The notes under the pieces are model-generated. The model saw nothing but the letters and a program-made list of their open reading frames with translations, ran no database searches and had not been told where the DNA came from. A DNA stretch of 64,000 nt, taken from contig OZ316897.1 in NCBI GenBank assembly GCA_973895155.1, positions 10,625,832-10,689,831 of the forward strand. The letters are read 5' to 3'. A program made the position numbers and the translations under genes. The DNA is from Marsupella aquatica (taxonomy: Eukaryota; Plantae; Marchantiophyta). Of the stretch, positions 63,067-64,000 are shown piece by piece (the stretch's first letter is position 1; each line of letters starts with the position of its first letter).

Positions 63067-64000
63067 AATGTACGTAAAACTTGAATGACTTTTCGATAAC
63101 AAACAAGAAAAAGTGAATCCCTGAAATAGAAAATTCAGATTAAAAGGTCATCCAAGAAGTGGTTGCTATGGAATTGGCCAAAAATATACGTTCTTGAGTT
63201 ATATTAGGTTCTATTCATAGATATTTTGTTTGTATCACCATATAAGATTTGGTTATCATTTTGAGATCTTGACTAAATTAAATTTTTTTTGTGTATGGTA
63301 AAATTATATTTAATTTTTACTTTTCCTATATTTATGGTGTTTTGTATAATCCCCTCTTCAAAAAAAGGGTGCATTATGAAGAATTAATGCACTCAAATAT
63401 ACAAAGAGAAAAGTCATGAAAAGCTTTATGTAAGGGTATTATTAGCATCTCTTCTCTCACACAAGAGATAAGGGTGACAAAATAATTATTTCTTGTGTGA
63501 GGTAAGAGATGCTAGTGCTAAGGCACCCTTAAAAATTGCCTTAGCACCCCGGGTTCGCTCCCATGGAACCCACTTTCTCCCACGGAACCGACCTTTTCCC
63601 ATGCAACCGAACGTGATTCTCGATTTTCGGAGGACCACATTCCGTTCGTGTGTTACTTACGGATTTTCCCGCCAAATTCACTCCCGCTGTTCTCTGCCTG
63701 AAAACCTCTTCAGCGCTTGAGGGAAACGATCTTTATGGTGTAGCGGATGGAGCAGGAATTCGACCCACAACTCCGTGCCATTTTCAAAGCAAGCTCCACA
63801 GTCGACTCGAGGGACAACCTCGTGCTGGAGTTTTGTGTGAATGTGTGACTTCGTAGTTCAACTAGCAACGAGTTTTTGTCGCAACTGAATGAAACTGGAC
63901 AAGGAGAGATACGGTCGATGAATTCAATTCACATCCATTGAGGGAAATTTGGCTTCAACTCATACATTCGTACGAGTTTGGCAATGGCAGGGGGTAAGAT

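Overview
Eukaryotic, repeat-rich genomic DNA from a land plant. GT-AG introns, CpG-decayed transposons and plant-type genes suggest a non-seed plant such as a liverwort (inference). There are four intact protein-coding genes: an 8-exon tandem-domain universal stress protein (12094-15924,+), an intronless SOBIR1/EVERSHED-like LRR receptor kinase (37508-39898,+), a plastid J20-like DnaJ protein (48223-48840,+) and an 8-exon plastid class I SAM methyltransferase (57101-61535,-). Between them lie a complete but pseudogenised PIF/Harbinger transposon (TIRs, TAA TSD, transposase, Myb/trihelix gene and a cryptic third ORF), a short-LTR element whose primer site matches the 5' half of tRNA-Ile, several solo LTRs with TSDs, two minisatellite-carrying Helitrons, and Copia and L1 relics. 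The strongest hidden signal is an inversion of about 40.7 kb (about 3550-44240). It can be reconstructed from sequence alone, because it splits an L1 zinc-knuckle, two nested LTR-like elements with unusual AGT...ACT termini, and both of their 5-bp target-site duplications. All alignments and gene models were made by eye, without database searches.
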